Shown here one piece after another: positions 48,791 through 62,500 of a DNA stretch of 64,000 nt. Numbering within the stretch: position 1 is the first letter of the stretch; every line of letters starts with the position of its first letter. Under the pieces are notes generated by a model. The model did no database searches and was not told where the DNA came from. It was given only the letters and a program-made list of their open reading frames with translations. The translations under genes and the position numbers were made by a program. Origin of the DNA: Vermamoeba vermiformis (taxonomy: Eukaryota); NCBI GenBank assembly GCA_045837725.1, contig JBEWZL010000078.1, positions 62,001 through 126,000 of the forward strand, in the 5' to 3' direction.

Positions 48791-51700
48791 ATGGCTGATC
48801 TAAGCTCACGAGCCTCATCTTCAAGCCTCGGCGAGGGATTTGGTCAAGAAGAGCCGATTACAGGTGCGAGACTAGCAAAACAGTCATTATGAGCCCTGGT
48901 GTGACTAAACTCCTCATTGCAGTGCGCATCCGCAACATCTTAGCCGAATATCCGGTGACCAATCTCATCAAAGAATTGCTGCAGAATGCCGATGACGCAC
49001 GTGCCACACGCGTGAAGGTAACTAAAAATAGCACAGCACGTGACTGCGTACTGATCAGCGTGTCAGCTCATCATTGACAAGCGCTGGCACCCCACCACGC
49101 GCTTGATCGAACCAAAATTAGCTGCGCTGCAAGGTGAGTGTCGTCGTTCCGTTCATTGCCAAATTAGGCAATTCATTCCATTGCAGGTCCGGCTCTGATC
49201 GCCTACAACGACGCGCCGTTCACGGACTCAGACTTTGCAAATATTCGTCGCTTGGGTGCCAGCAAGAAGCGCGGTGATCCAGGTCAGTGTCCTCCACAAG
49301 CGAGCTAAATATAGAAATATGTATATATTGCAGTAGTATATGTACACATTAGTATATATGCATGCAGTACTATGTCCCCCATGTCACTCACACCCCTCGT
49401 CAGGTGTGACAGGTCGCTTTGGCATCGGCTTCAACTCGGTGTATCACGTGACAGATATTCCGTCGTTCATCAGTGGCACGCAGCTGGCATTCCTCGACCC
49501 GCACGAACTGATTTGGCAGTCACGTGGCATCAAGTTTGACATGACCAGCACGGTGAGTGACACCTGTCAAACGCTGTTCGAGAGTTATTCCGACCAGTTT
49601 GCGGGATTTCAAACGGACACGCTGCGTGTTGATGGCACTGCTGTCACTGGCACATTGTTCCGCCTGCCACTGCGCACCAATGAATCACGTGCTCCGTTCC
49701 CCGAAATTTCCGACGAAGATACCGTGAGTGATGTCACGTGGACGGCAGAAGATCTCGAGCGATTGTTTACCATATTTAGACAAGAGGCGCATCTGATCTT
49801 GCTGTTTTTGAGATCGGTGGAACAGATCGACTTCCTTATTTGGCACGAAGATCAAGTTGTTCCGCAGCAGCTGTTCACGGTGGCACTCAGCCAGCTGTCA
49901 GACACTGACCGCGCACTGCGTGCTGTCCTTCACGTAAGTTCGATCGATCGATCACGTGATGCAGTGCACTGACGCTATTTTTAGGACCCTGAACAGCCCA
50001 TTCGCCGATATTCACTGAACGTGACCCTCCGCGCGGATGATCACGTGACGAGTGAGGTGTACCGAGTGGTCACGTGCTCGCAGTCCCTGAGCGCAGATGA
50101 AGCGCGAGATATGTGAGTGATGTTCATGAAAGAAGTACTGCAGCAATAATAATGAAGTGCAGTACTCTGTACCATACAAACACTATACACAATAAGTACT
50201 AAATAGACCATACCAGTACTAATTACAATGAGGTGCAGTGGACTGAGTGACAAAGAGCTGCGCAAATTAATTCCGTGGGGTGGAGTGGCCACGCGACTGC
50301 ACCGAACAGCTGCAAAGACTGACCACACGCAGTCACGTGATCAACAGAGTCACGTGTTCTGTTCGCTGCCCGTGACACTGAGTGGACTGCCCGGTACGTG
50401 CTGTAGTGTACTCGATGGTACTATTGTACTGCATCCTTAATTATATATTCATGGTTACAATGCACCACTCATTACACTTACTATTATGACACCATCACTC
50501 ATTACACTTACTATTATTACACCATCACTCATTACACTGCATTGTACCTCCCTACTGACCCCCTCCCCCTCGTGCAGTGCATCTCAACGGCTGTTTTGAA
50601 CTGTCCGCGAGTCGCACGGCACTCTCCTGGCACGAATACGCGCGCAAAGATCACTGGAACCGTCACGTGCTCACTGCTGTCGTGTCACGTGCCTACATGC
50701 ACCTCTTGCACGACTGTCGGCAACTGCTCGTAAGTCACGTGCTCAGTCTTTGCGGGTGTGTATTCACGCTATAGCTATATTTAGACCACAGCGGAATATT
50801 ACGCGCTGTTTCCGAACGTCAATCACGTGCTGCACGATTGGGAGCGCTATTTTTGCACACAACTGGCACGTGTGCTGCACGACGAGCACGTGATTCGATT
50901 CAAAGATGCGTGGATTACACCAAATAAGGCAATTTGGCCTGGGTCTCACGTTGTGTTGGGCGAAGCACTGCGCACGTGGCTGATGGATAATTATCCACTC
51001 GTCGAGACCCCTGACCACATGCTGGCACTCTTCGCGCACGTGACCGGTAAGCGACTTGCCTAATTAGGAAGCTGAATTCTAACCGACACTTGCAAGAGCT
51101 GCAAAGTCATCGCTTGACACCTGTCACACTGATCACGTGGCTCGCTGGACACGACGACTGGTTGCTGGCACTGCGCACCAACACCGCGGTGTATAACCAA
51201 TTATGGCAATTAATGTTCACGCTGCCGGATGAGGAATATGTCAAAGTGTACGAGGTGCCACTGCTGTTCACTGAAAGCGGAACATTAGTGCGCATGAGTG
51301 ACCAGTCCTCGCACGTGCCGTACTACGTGATCAGAAGTGCGCGCTTGCGTCAAATCTTTGCAGAAATTCGCAGCTCACTGATCGATGTGAGCTTGTTCAC
51401 TGAAACAGTGCTCTCCAAGCTGATTGAAACGCGGTTCATGAATGCGCGGAACATTGAACACGTGACCACACTGGAGTCGCACCTGCACGTGCTGTTGCCA
51501 CCAGTCGCAAATGATTGCAAAGTCATCGCACGTGATGCGAATTCATTTCCGCGCAATGATTGGCTAAAACTGGTCTGGCAATATCTCGCTGCGGAGAATT
51601 GCGATTTGTCCGCGTACGATCACGTGCCACTGATCCCAGTCGAGTACGTAACTGTTACCATTATTTAGTGCAATGTTTAACGGTTATTTTTAGTAACGGC

Positions 51701-54700
51701 GCTGGATTAGTTCCTGTGCGGCACTCGAGTCACGTGATCAATATCTCCGCGCGAGATGGTGACCAAGTGCCAGTACACGTGCTGCAACAACTGCAATGTC
51801 ACGTGCTCGACGCAGATCTCCAGCGCGAGATCACACAGTCACGTGCCACGCTGTGCAGTGCTGACCCCGCGCACGTGATGCAGTTGTTGGCCACGCTGCA
51901 CGGCACGCAGCTCGGTAGCAAAGTGACAGCACTGAGCAGCGAGCACAAGCGAGATCTGCGGAGATATTTTGTGCGCACCATCAAGCAGTGGCACGTGACA
52001 TCGCGAGAGCACGCGATTTTGAAACAGTTGCAAATATTCGAGCTGGTGGGTACCAAAAATAGCAATCGATTCGTCAGTCTCGCGCAGTACAAGTCACGTG
52101 CTTCAGGTACGCCACTGTGTTGCTAAAAATAGTCGCACTCACCGTGTCGTGCAGTGCAGTGTCACGTGCTCGATATCTCGCTGCCACTGATCGACTGTGC
52201 CCTGGACGAGACAGCATTCTTTGACAGCATTGGCGTGCCACCGATCTCCACCGTGGAGTTGTTCCGTGCCCATCTATTTATAGATCAGCTGTTTCAGACC
52301 CTCACGTCACATCAGCAGCGCGAATTGTTGCAAACACTGTTCAAGACGAGCACGCTGAAGAATTGCGACGCAGAATTCTTGGAATTGGTGCGGAATTATC
52401 CGTGCATCACGTGTCAGGACGGCAAGGTAAGCAGTCACGTGACACTTTGGCAGTCGCCACCACTCACCGTTCACTGAAACAGCTCCGTGCACTGAATGCC
52501 ATCTACGACCCCGACAACAAGGCCGTGACTGAGCTGCTGGCACTGGCACGTGATTGCTGTCACGTGGTGCCACTGCCCGAACAGTACTGGCAGGAGAGCA
52601 CGCAGCGCGGAGTATTTCTTGCTGGCATGCGATTGGTGGGATTCTGTCACGTGCTGCGCGTGCAAGATCTGCAAACATTGCTGTTAACTTTGCAGTACGT
52701 GAGTTGGGTGTCACGTGCTCGCTGTACTGATTGCTATATTTAGACATATGCCCGCATCGAAAGCAGTCTCGCTGGCCACTAAATTATTCCGCTACGTGGT
52801 GTCGCAGTTCAGTGAATTGCAGTCGCAAGGTGTCTCGCTCGAATTCTTGCGTCACGTGCCCTGGTTGCCGTTGTACAGACCGATCAGTCACGTGATTCCG
52901 CCGTTCAGTGAATTGCAAGATGACACGTGCCTCGTGTCACCGCTGAGTTCACAGCCACGTGCGCGTCAATCATTGGTCAGCGCTGTGATGCCACTTGCCA
53001 GCGTAGATCTCCCATCACGTGATCACCCGTTCGTGCAGTACGTTGAGTGGCACTTGCCTATTTCGGTCAGCAGTCTCGTGCAGCAGTTGAAGGCTGTGGC
53101 AAAGCTATTTTTAGCACTCACTACCAAGCCCGCGGCACTATATTTGCAGGAATTGGAGCACGTGATTCATGAAATCTACGGGCACTTGGACGAACAGCTT
53201 GCAATCTCGCCCGATCTCGCAGAAGTGTTGCAAAGAAATGTTGCTGGTACCGAGCACGTGATCTGGACTGGCACGCAGTTCGTCACGCCGCAACAAGTGG
53301 CACTCACGTGTCAGCTGCAAATCAAGCCCTGGGCGATGAAAGTTCCTCCGAAATTCGCGCAGTTCAAGCACGTGACGCAACACATTGGATTCATGAAAGA
53401 GTTCGGTGCGGAACATTATCTGCACATCGTGTCGGAACTGCACGCGCAGTACGGTGGCACAGCGTTGAGTGCCAAACATCTCAAACAGGTGCTAAAAATA
53501 GTCACGTATCTCGGACGGGAGATTCTCACTCACGGCGCAGATCACGTGCCACTCGATCACGTGCTGGTGCCCACCACAGCCGGTGTGTTGAAGAGTGCGC
53601 GCACGGTGGTATATCAGTCACGTGACACCACGCTGGGCAGTCAACCGCTGAGTCACGATCTCGTGCACGCGGAGATCGCTCCGGAGTACTGTCGCGCACT
53701 GGGCATTGCACCGATGGACAAACTGCTGCTGCAGGACTGCATTCGGCCCTTCGGTCAGGTAACGGACACAAGCCCCATTGAATATATGTCCATATATAGA
53801 CGTCACGTGCGCTACTGACCCCCTCCCCCGCAGCGCCAAGAGCTCGTGCACCGCTTGAAGAATGTGCTCGTGGATTATCCGCCCTCGAGTCTCATCGCCG
53901 AGATGTTGCAGAATGCCGGTACGTACTGCCACCACATGCTAAAAATAGCACTCACTCGATCGGAACAGATGACGCGGGTGCCACGCAGTTCAGAGTGGTA
54001 TACGATGCGGAACAATATCCGACCAATCAGCTCGCACTGCCCCTGCACGCGCTGTTAGAGACGCCAGCGCTGGTATTCATGAACGACGCTGCGTTCAGTG
54101 AAGCAGATCTGCAAGCGCTGATTCTGATCAGGTGCGTGCCTGTCTCACCGTACTCGTGCTAATCATTGCAACTATTCTGCAGCAAGGGCAGCAAGCAGCA
54201 CAGTGCCACCACGATTGGTCGCTACGGACTGGGCTTCAATGCCGTGTACAACGTGACCGACACGCCCATGCTGCTCACTGGCGACCAGTTGGTGGTGTTC
54301 GATCCGCAATTGGAATATCTCCGCAGCTGGAGCTCCGACAAAGAACCAGGTACGCTGGCACGTGACTACCAGCGCAGATGTCGCTAACAGAGCGGTGCAG
54401 GGGTGTGCATTCAATTCACCGCGCCCAACCATCACGTGCTCAACGGAGATCTCCTGGCCCCGTTCCGACACTTCGGAGTGGATCCGACACGACCCTTCAA
54501 CGGCACTATTTTTAGATTGCCACTGCGCGCCAAAAAAAGCAAAATTAGCCCCACGATCTGGACAGAAGAGCACGTGCTGGATTTGTTGCGAAAATTTTCA
54601 GCTCTCGGAACAGCTCCGATGATATTCCTGCAGCACGTGGAACAAGTGCGCGTGCAGTCACGTGACAAGCTCGGTGACACGCAGTACGTGCAGCACTTGG

Positions 54701-57700
54701 TGGAGGTGAAATCTCCGAGTAATTCTCCGCCACACTCCCGCGCTCTGTTGGAACAATTCACGTCTGCAGATCACGTGGCTGGCATGCTGGCACATCGTCT
54801 GACCATTCACAGCACGTACAGCGGACTGTCGAGTCACCACCACGTGACTGAGCACCAAGAATGGCAAGTGTGCCACCAGTGTGCCACGTCACCAGATGAG
54901 GACGCACGTGACAAGCTGCCGATCGGTGGAGTGGCACATTGCCTCTCTGATGTAGACAAGTCACGTGCTGGTAAATATCTGCAATGATTGAATTCTATTT
55001 TTAGCTCACCGCGCTGTGCAGGGCGACTGTTCTGTTTCTTGCCACTGCCGATCAACTTGTCTTTGCCGATGTTCATCAACGGCTATTTTCAGCTCTCATC
55101 GGCACGCACGTCGCTCACGCAGGGCACGTGGAATGAAATTCTGCGCGACGGACCGATCTTCGACTGCTACTGGCACTCGATGATGAATTTGCGCAAAGAC
55201 TCGCCCGCAGCGTACTGGTAGGTCTATTTTTAGCACCGAGATGTTAATGCAAGTCAATCACTGACCACTCTGGGACAGGGCGGTGTTCCCACAGAGCGTG
55301 CACGACAGCAAAGACTTCTGGAATCCACTGGTGACACGTGTCTATCAGCAACTCGCGCGCGAACCTTCCTTATTTGTCATGGGTGAGTGGCACTAACAGC
55401 ACGTGATGTCAGTCTATTAATAGCAGCAGAGAGTCATCGGCTCGTGCAGCCACGTGATGCAATCTATTACGGCGATCAGGCACGTGATCAGGGACTGGAC
55501 GAGACACTGCGGAATTATTTGCTCCAAGTGCTGCACGTGCCACTCGTTGCGTGTCCGCGGCACGTGATCGAAGAGTTCAAGCGCGTGGATGTCACCATTG
55601 CTAATTTTAGTCCGAAAGTACTGCGCGAATTCATCAAACAGCACGTGATCAATTTGGAATATTCTGCCGAGGCTTTGCAAGTATTGCAGTACTGTCTCGA
55701 GGACCTCAAGCCTGCCACTGCCGCTGAACTCCTCGGTATGACACGTCATTTTTTCACAGTTCTCATGTTGACACGTGTCATTGACAGGCTTGCCACTATT
55801 GCCCGTGAAATCTCGTGCACTAGTCAGATTCTCAACGAAATCTCCGTGCATTCTCGGTGAGTCCAAAAATAGTGAAATGTTCGTCGCTGACCAGCCGTCC
55901 AGTCCATTCACTGAACGAGTACGAATTGTTCCCCCCAACATTGCACGCCAGACTGGTCGACATTGAAGTTGTCCCGCGCAATCTAGTGCAAATCTCGTGC
56001 GCAGATATGGGAGTTATTCCGCTGTCTCTTGATGTATTGCTCGATCTCGTGTCGGAGATACTTCCGACAGCCTATCACCGTCAGCACGTGATCAACCATC
56101 CTGCACCGAGTGTGTTGCAGTGGCTTTACCATTTTTGGCAATGGATTCGACGCCAATGTGTCACGTGGCCTGGTTCACTGAACCAAAGCTCGGCTGATTC
56201 GTCCGAGTCACTGATTGACACGCTGTGCAGTCGACTGCACGACTGGCCGATTGTGCCGACTGGTACGTGACACGTGTCAACTCAAAGACCGGTGCTAACG
56301 CGTTCACTGAACAGTCTCTGAACAATTAGTGACACCAAATACTCCGCTATTCTACCAGGGCTCCCTGCCAGCGGAACATTTCGAGCTGACGCTGGCACAC
56401 CGTCTCAACTGTCAGTTCATTGACACGCAGCAGTATCACGTGCCTGTTGAATTCACTGAACGGCTCTATCTGCCGAACATGCTCAATATACTCAAATATT
56501 CCGCCAAATCTCGCGAAACTCTCGCCAGGTATGTCTATATTTGGTAAGGTCACGAGCTCATCTCCCTTGCAGATTCAGTGAATTATCTCCGATTGAACGA
56601 GATCGTGCCCTGACACTCATCGCGCAACTCTCCGACAGCGAGATCGATGTGTACTGCGCGCTGATTCGTCAGTTGCCGCTGTTCCCACTCGTGCACGAAT
56701 TGCCGCAAAGACTCACTGACCTGGCACTGCTCGCTGCTGCTAATTATAGCCGCGAGGTGATGGCACCTGAACTCTGGCAGCAGACACGTGACACACTGAA
56801 CACGTTCTTCTACACGGCTGTCATCGTGCCACTCCGCGCGAGTGCTGTCGCGTTGCTGCGCGATCAGTCGTTGCCACCAGTGCCACTCAACACTGCCGTG
56901 CCGTTCATTCGACTGCTGCACGCGCGATTGTACAAGCGACTCGGTGTGCGCGCAGTGAGCAGTGCGGACTATTTGACCAATCACGTGCTGCCACACCTTG
57001 CGCAACTTGACGATCCAAATATGGTATTGGAGTACATTGCCGAGCACTGGTTACAATTGCGCGAATTCTCGCCGTTACTCCACGCCTTGCGAAATCTCGC
57101 GTTTGTGGCACATGGCACTGGCTCGTCGGTCTGCGCACGTGATTTGTACCACCCTGAGCACGTGATCTATCGTGTACTGTTTGCAGGTAGGACTAGACTG
57201 ACTGCGGCTATTTTTAGCACAACACTGACCTATGCTGCACAGAGCAACCAGAGCAGTTCCCAGCAGAGCCGTACAACTCCGTCACGTGGCTGTCAGTGCT
57301 GCGAGATCTCGGCATGCACGTGACTCCGAGTGCCGATGACGTCATCAGAGCTGCGCAGATATTAGCGGAGAAACTATCCTTCGATTATTCCGATCCACAG
57401 CTCTTGCAATCTTTGCAATCATTTTGGGGGTTCGTGCTCGAAGAGAAATTGTTGCAATCATTGCCACAACTCCGTTCACTGAAACTCGTGGTGGCACTGT
57501 GGGATCATCGTGAACGCATTGACGGGGAGGGGAATTTCAGCGACCAATCACGTGCGCATAGTTGTTCCGCTCAACGATGTTGGCTTCGATATTGAGCGGG
57601 AGTTGGTATGACATAATTATGACTAAATTAGGCAATGATCTCACGCTGTATCTCGCCAGATCTGGACGCAACAGCCCATCATTGACAGCGAGGTGTTCGG

Positions 57701-59226
57701 GTCAAATTTGGTCAACGAGCTCTTCATGCAACATCGCACGGTTGCCAATCACGTGACACCGCTCGACATTCACTTGGGTGAGTGACACTTTCCTAATTTA
57801 GACAAAGACTAATCCGTGGCAGTCTACTCGCACTTGACGACTGTGTTGCAGCGAGTGCGCGACAGAGCACGTGATCAGAGTGTGTGCGGCAATGTCTTCG
57901 TTCACGAACAGGTGGTGCGACAGTACGAACTTGAACCGACGTTCAGAGAACTGTGGCGGTTCATGAACAGTCAAGTTGAGGCCCTCAGCGACGCATTAAT
58001 TGCACAGTTGCAAAGTCTGCCCTGGTTGCTCATCACGCAGCAATCTCGCTCGTATCTCGTGGCACCTAAAAATATCTTTGCTAATGTCAGCGCGCGACTG
58101 ATACCCCTCTGGTTTGCATTGCCAAATTTGTACACGACGCACGAGCTCGCGGTACGAGTGACACGTGGCGTGGAGCCGAGTACCCATGACGCACGTGTTG
58201 CTCTGCGTCAACTGCACGAGTCACGTGTTCGTATACTTCCGCAATCACCCGAGGGAGATACAGCCCACGTGACGGTAGATCTCGTGTTGGAGTTGATGCG
58301 ATTGGCTGCCACAAGGTCCGAGGATGAATTGGCGCAAAGTCAGATGGAGTTGCCAGTAGTAAGTCAGAATATTGGTTCATGAACGCAGTTGCTGAGCTGT
58401 TTTTAGCTGAACGAACATCACGTGCTTGTCCCCGCCAGTCACGTGTTCATTCGTGATCGACACGTGTCACACTTTCAAATCGACACTGCCGTGCAATTTT
58501 TGCACTGTGAGGTACGTCATTCTCGTTCACTTGCCTAATTTGGTCCATTAAATCTTTGCAAAGGTATCGCGTGACTTAGGTCTCGCACTGGGCGTGCAGC
58601 TCTTCAGTCAAATCATCGAAGAGCGAGTCGTGTCACACGTGACGGTCGAGAGTTCGCAGCGTGTGGCCGACGAATTGCTGCAAAGTCATCGAGAACTGCA
58701 GGAGATTGTTGCGCGCCTTCGTTCACCAATGTTTGCCGATGTTCTGGCGCTAATTCTCCGCGCTCAGAATCCTACGCTGAGCGAGCTGACCATTGCGCAT
58801 TCAGTGAATCAAATTAAGAAGTTGCGCGTTGTTTATTGTAGCGAAATTTCAACACAGCTCGTAGATCGGCGGAACAATTCTGTGTTGTCCCAGTCACGCG
58901 TCAATACCGCAATGTTAGTGCAACAGGATCAAGTGCGTGGCGACAAAGATTCACTTAGTAACTCTCGCTGACATGTTGTATTAACAGATATATGTGGCGA
59001 ACAAACCTCGCTTCATTCGCTGGTCAGATCTGCTGGCGCAACAGCTCAACAAATTTTTGAATTTCATGTTGACCGATCTGCTCTCACTGAGCGCAGTTCT
59101 GAATTGTGAAGAGAGGTGAGCGATTTGATTTGCAAACTATACAATCATTTTCATGGGGTACTAATGTCTGTAATTAGGGACATGATCGCGTGTTGTCTTG
59201 CCGTTGAGACTTCGAGCCCAAAATAG
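48791..59226 (+). CDS. Sacsin-like protein with two sacsin repeating regions (GHKL/HSP90-like ATPase), ~30 introns
   Basis: Repeat 1: FGQEEPITVRIRNILAEYP, KELLQNADDA, GPALIAYNDAPF, GRFGIGFNSVYHVTDIP, GTLFRLPLR. Repeat 2: FGQRQELVHRLKNVL, EMLQNADDAGA, IGRYGLGFNAVYNVTD, GTIFRLPLR, GRLFCFLPLP...INGYF. 3' end approximate. Confidence 0.88.
50466..50538. repeat. Intronic 30-bp tandem repeat (~2.4 copies)
   Basis: CACTCATTACACTTACTATTATKACACCAT repeated. Confidence 0.85.
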
Positions 59227-59585
59227 CCGTTCAAATCATCGATCGCGGCATGAATTCCTTAATGTGAAGGTGGTTGCTGTGGAGCAAATGAATAACATGA
59301 TTGATAGTTCATGAAGGGCAGCTGAGTCGTCGACCGGAACAATTTCTCAGATATCAGATCAACTCATTAAAATCGTCATTTTCTACGATGCGTTGGCCAT
59401 TGAAACACTCCCTACTATTATGCTCAGTAATTGTTCCGCAACCACTGTAAAATATGAACAGATCCACACACAACGGAGCAATTTGCGAGGATAAATTTAA
59501 ATTTACGTGTTTTACGTTGCGGTGCCTTTATTATCAAATACGATGAAATGACGAACACCGAGCTGAGCTCAAAAAAATATTACAA

Positions 59586-62500
59586 ATGCAATTGATTAGG
59601 CTACTGTTTCTAATCACGTTATTATCCACCCTTAGTAAGTTCCATTGCGTCGGTCACAGCGCAGCTTATCTTACTCACCGCTAGCTATAGTCAGTGCGCA
59701 ACAAATTTGCTTCGGATCCAGCCAACACATTGTACGGCGACAAAGCTCAGGTAAAACTTTTTAATTCCGGTGCTTTAGGATAATTTAACACTTATCTCGC
59801 CACGAACAAATTGGTTCAGGTGTTATTCAATTGATAATTGAATAGAATTCGCGCGTGTAAATTAAAAACGACATTTTGCATATTTATTGAAAATAACGCG
59901 TTGCTAGAATATTTTCTCAAACTTCAAGTCGATTTGGAACAGCAATTGCCTGGATATATCGTAGAATATGCAATATCAATCAGCAACACCTCTTTCGCTA
60001 CAGCGTGGACTTCCCTCAACGAATACCAGCAGATTCACAACGTTACAGTCTATTTCAACTACTCGCTGCCCACCAATGTAGATATTTATGCAGCATTGCG
60101 AATTCGTCAGCAAGGCAACGTAATTAATTGGAGATACACCTACTCTGAGTCGATCAGAGGTACCTTGTGGTTATTAATTGCTTAGTACTCCGTTGAAACT
60201 GCGTTGTTTACTTTCAATAATAATACTAATAATATAATAGTTGGCGACAAATTACCGTCTGACGCACCCTGCGACGAGGTTTGGGCCCCGACGAGCGGAT
60301 TGATCTCCCCACCCAAGACACCCATGCTGCAAGTCTATTTTGACTCTCGCAGCGGCACGGTTACCTTTCAACTCACCGCGCAATATCTGCTCGGGGGCTA
60401 CACGTGGGTAATTGACTTTCAGCCGTTCATGAACAACGTGACTGCGGGCCAGTACGGGCTTGGCGTCACTTCGTGTGAAAATCGAGACAGCAGTGCGCTG
60501 ACAGCACGGAATTTCATTGAATGGTGGAACTGCGCGCCTGCTGCTAATTACAGCGCTGCTATTAATAGCCCTGAGTACTTGAGTTACTGGCCTGGTCCCA
60601 GGTACTGTTGCTGCCACTGGACTTTGACATTTCTGACACCTGTCACAGCTCACCCTGGACGCTCGAACCAGTCACATGCGGATCAGTGCGCTACACCATG
60701 GCCAGTCCCTTTGCTCGCGTGTCAACGTGTCAAACAGCGAGTGGCACTCCGGCCGTGTCATACGTCGATTTGACCACTGGTGACGTGTTGTTTTATGGTA
60801 CGTGACCAATGGCGTGCATTGCCCTGCTTAATCGCTGCTATTTTTAGGCACACTGTACGTGACGGCTGTGCGACCAATCAGCGTGCTCGATCAGTCACGT
60901 GGGTATCAGAGCTATGCGAGTTCTATTCCCTTTCAATGGACGTACAATGTCACCAAGCCAGTGACACCTGTCATCAACGCGCCTGTCACTTTGACACCTG
61001 TCAACAACAACAATGCGACGAGTGCGGTAATCATTGCCCCCGAACTCTTGCCCGCGATTGTTATCCCCGCAGTGATTGGTGGTGTCGTGTTGACACTTGG
61101 CATTGTGGTCAGTGTTTGACACTTTGGACACCTCGGACTGTAGTTAATGACTATATTTAGGTGGCTGTCATGGCGCGCCACAAATCAACGCGCGGTGCGG
61201 TCAAAAAATTGTTTCACAGAAATAATTGTTCCGGGGCTCGTGACCTGAAGAAGAAAGCAGAACCCGTTAGTAACACTAATAGCAGTGGCAATGTGCCAGG
61301 TACGTGCTGTCGAGTGCAGTGTCGGAATATTTGGCGCTAAATATAGTCAGCAGATGTGCCGCAGCCAGTGCTGGAAGCGAGTGTCGCGCCCAATCAGGCA
61401 AGTCACGTGACAGTAGTGGCTGACAACAACCCTCCCGTCGAGCACCCCGCCGCTGAGCCAGCACCACCCCTCTCTATTCCTAAAATAGCTATCGGCGAGA
61501 TCTTGGAGATGGTGAATCGAAATCTCGATTTTGCCGCGCAAACCGCGGGCACGGAGAGCGAGGACGAGATGGACGCGTCAGGCACTCTCGAGCACAGCGA
61601 GTCACGTGACATCCATCGCTCTGATTCGCCCGTGCAGCACTCCCCCGTGTTCGAAAAAGAATTGATTTCGCAGGACTTGGTGGCACCTGTCAGACACAGT
61701 CCGCACCGCTCGACTTTTGCCTCGCCCGTGAACTCGCCCAAGCTCAAGATCAATCGCACTGGCACTGGCACGTACTTTGCACTAATTCACCGCAATATTT
61801 GAACTAATCACGTGACTGCAGAGGGACTACGATTGAGTTCAGTGAATTCAGCCCAGGGCAGCAGTCTGCGCTCCTCTTCCGACATGTCTGCGCGCCGCGA
61901 CCAATCCGACAGTCCCAAAAGTGCAGTGCTGTGGAACTCGCGCAACAATTCACTCGTCAGTTCGCGACAGAATTCCAGGAAACATTTGCCGCGCAAAGAC
62001 AGTAACGGCAAGTACACGGCGGTATATTCGATGCGTTGCTCATGTATTTAATGGACACAGTGCTGCTGAGTGGTGTGAGTGAACAGTTGATCGAAGTCAG
62101 TAAGTAACTAAAAATAGCGCCCTCAGCTGACACATCTAACGCACTGGTTCCAAGAATTCAACGTGTTTGGTCGACCGTTGAGCGAGGTCGTGGACAAGAA
62201 CAAACAGCTGCCCATCCTGCTCGAAGAACTCACCGAGGGCCTGCTCAAAGCTGCGGCATCGCTCTCACAGCTCGGTAAGTGTCCCCCTAGTGTACCTCGA
62301 TAGTGCGCGTATTGATCGAGTCTGCAGAGCTGCGTCAAGTGTTGTGCAAGTGTTTTGAACGACTCGATGTGGAGGTCCGAGCGATCAAGCGCGACATCAG
62401 TCTCTGTACGTGCCACGTGCCTCTGTGCTGTCAGCTGACTCTTCTTCATTTGCAGGTGACTTCGATCAGTTGAGTGCAAATATTCCCGTCGCCCTCACGC

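Noticed and set aside
62008-62060. Second possible GC-AG intron (G|GCAAGT)
   Set aside because: An in-phase GT donor (A|GTAACG at 62002) exists, so a GC donor is not required.
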